Assembly (NCBI GenBank): GCA_963668025.2
Contig: CAXXTH010000008.1
Span: forward strand, 1 to 64,000
From: Candidatus Hydrogenedentota bacterium
Lineage (GTDB): Bacteria > Hydrogenedentota > Hydrogenedentia > Hydrogenedentales > SLHB01
Direction: 5' to 3'
DNA length: 64,000 nucleotides
The notes beneath the pieces were generated by a model. That model was given only the letters and a program-made list of their open reading frames with translations. It searched no databases and was not told the DNA's origin. The position numbers and the translations under genes were made by a program. Position 1 is the stretch's first letter. Every line of letters starts with the position of its first letter. This document shows, one piece after another, positions 63,349 through 64,000 of the stretch.

Positions 63349-64000
63349 TTGGCAACGGATACAAAAACTAAGATTCTGCTCGTGGATGACGACCGGAAGC
63401 TTCTGCGGGAGGTGCAGTCTCATTTGGAGAAGCTCGGTTATGAGGTGGCGACCGCGGAGGATGGACGCGCTGCGTTGAAGCTTGTCCAGTCAATGTCTCC
63501 GGACCTGGTGGTGCTCGACATCAATTTCCCCTATTCTAGGAAGGAGACAAGCCATCCTATTGATGGAGTGGAAGTGCTTCGAAGGATGCGGGAGTCGGGC
63601 AATATTCCCATCCTCATGCTAAGCACCACGAACAGCTCCGCGGTAAAAGTGATGGCGCTCAGTATCGGCGCGGACGACTATGTGTCCAAACCGTTTGAGC
63701 TTCAAGAACTCGGCGCACGAATTGAAGCGATTCTGCGGAGGACCGAACATGAGCTGCCGGGGGAACAGGCGCTGATTTTCCACCGTTTGCGATTGGACCC
63801 TGGGGAAAGGCGCGTCTGGAAAGATGAATCTACTATTGAACTAACCGGCATCGAGTTTGATATCCTATACACGCTTGCCCGGCGGCCCAAACACGTGTTT
63901 ACCCGCGAAAAAATCATTGAACTCGCATGGAAAGACTCCAACTACTGCGTTCCAAAAGCCGTCGATGTGCATATCGGGCATATTCGAAAAAAGATCGAGG
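63349..64000 (+). CDS. OmpR-family response regulator (partial at window end)
   Basis: TTG start; ILLVDDD, DLVVLD, GADDYVSKPF, LTGIEFDIL, VDVHIGHIRKK. Confidence 0.92.
   Translation, partial: MATDTKTKILLVDDDRKLLREVQSHLEKLGYEVATAEDGRAALKLVQSMSPDLVVLDINFPYSRKETSHPIDGVEVLRRMRESGNIPILMLSTTNSSAVKVMALSIGADDYVSKPFELQELGARIEAILRRTEHELPGEQALIFHRLRLDPGERRVWKDESTIELTGIEFDILYTLARRPKHVFTREKIIELAWKDSNYCVPKAVDVHIGHIRKKIE

Overview
Bacterial chromosomal window, GC-rich. The DUF1559 prepilin-like protein, nqr operon and gene style suggest an anaerobic diderm such as Candidatus Hydrogenedentota (inference only). The backbone carries moxR/DUF58/transglutaminase, a GAF kinase, MarR-Bcr, a thyA-like gene, kdsB, pyrG, nqrA-F/apbE/nqrM, holA/lptE/bamD, a TetR-RND pump, hisC/hisD, murA, secG, tpiA, galK and a CheB/CheR-PAS kinase-OmpR cluster. 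An accessory zone (about 9.3-18.5 kb) holds two ~590-bp direct repeats, each with a decayed RAYT/REP element, plus an ISAs1 element, two IS200 copies, an IS630 element and a Sir2-HerA antiphage pair. A second ISAs1 copy splits a secreted-protein gene at 27.3-28.9 kb. The best candidate for an uncharacterised system is the operon at 22.4-26.3 kb: Cys-less Rrf2, permease-less ABC ATPase, Cys-rich HypB/UreG-type GTPase, Fe-S protein and cysteine desulfurase, with no IscU/NifU/SufB. Several short repeat families, including a GTAAC-capped dispersed element, border accessory inserts. Small frameshifts in several genes, including murA, suggest long-read assembly errors.
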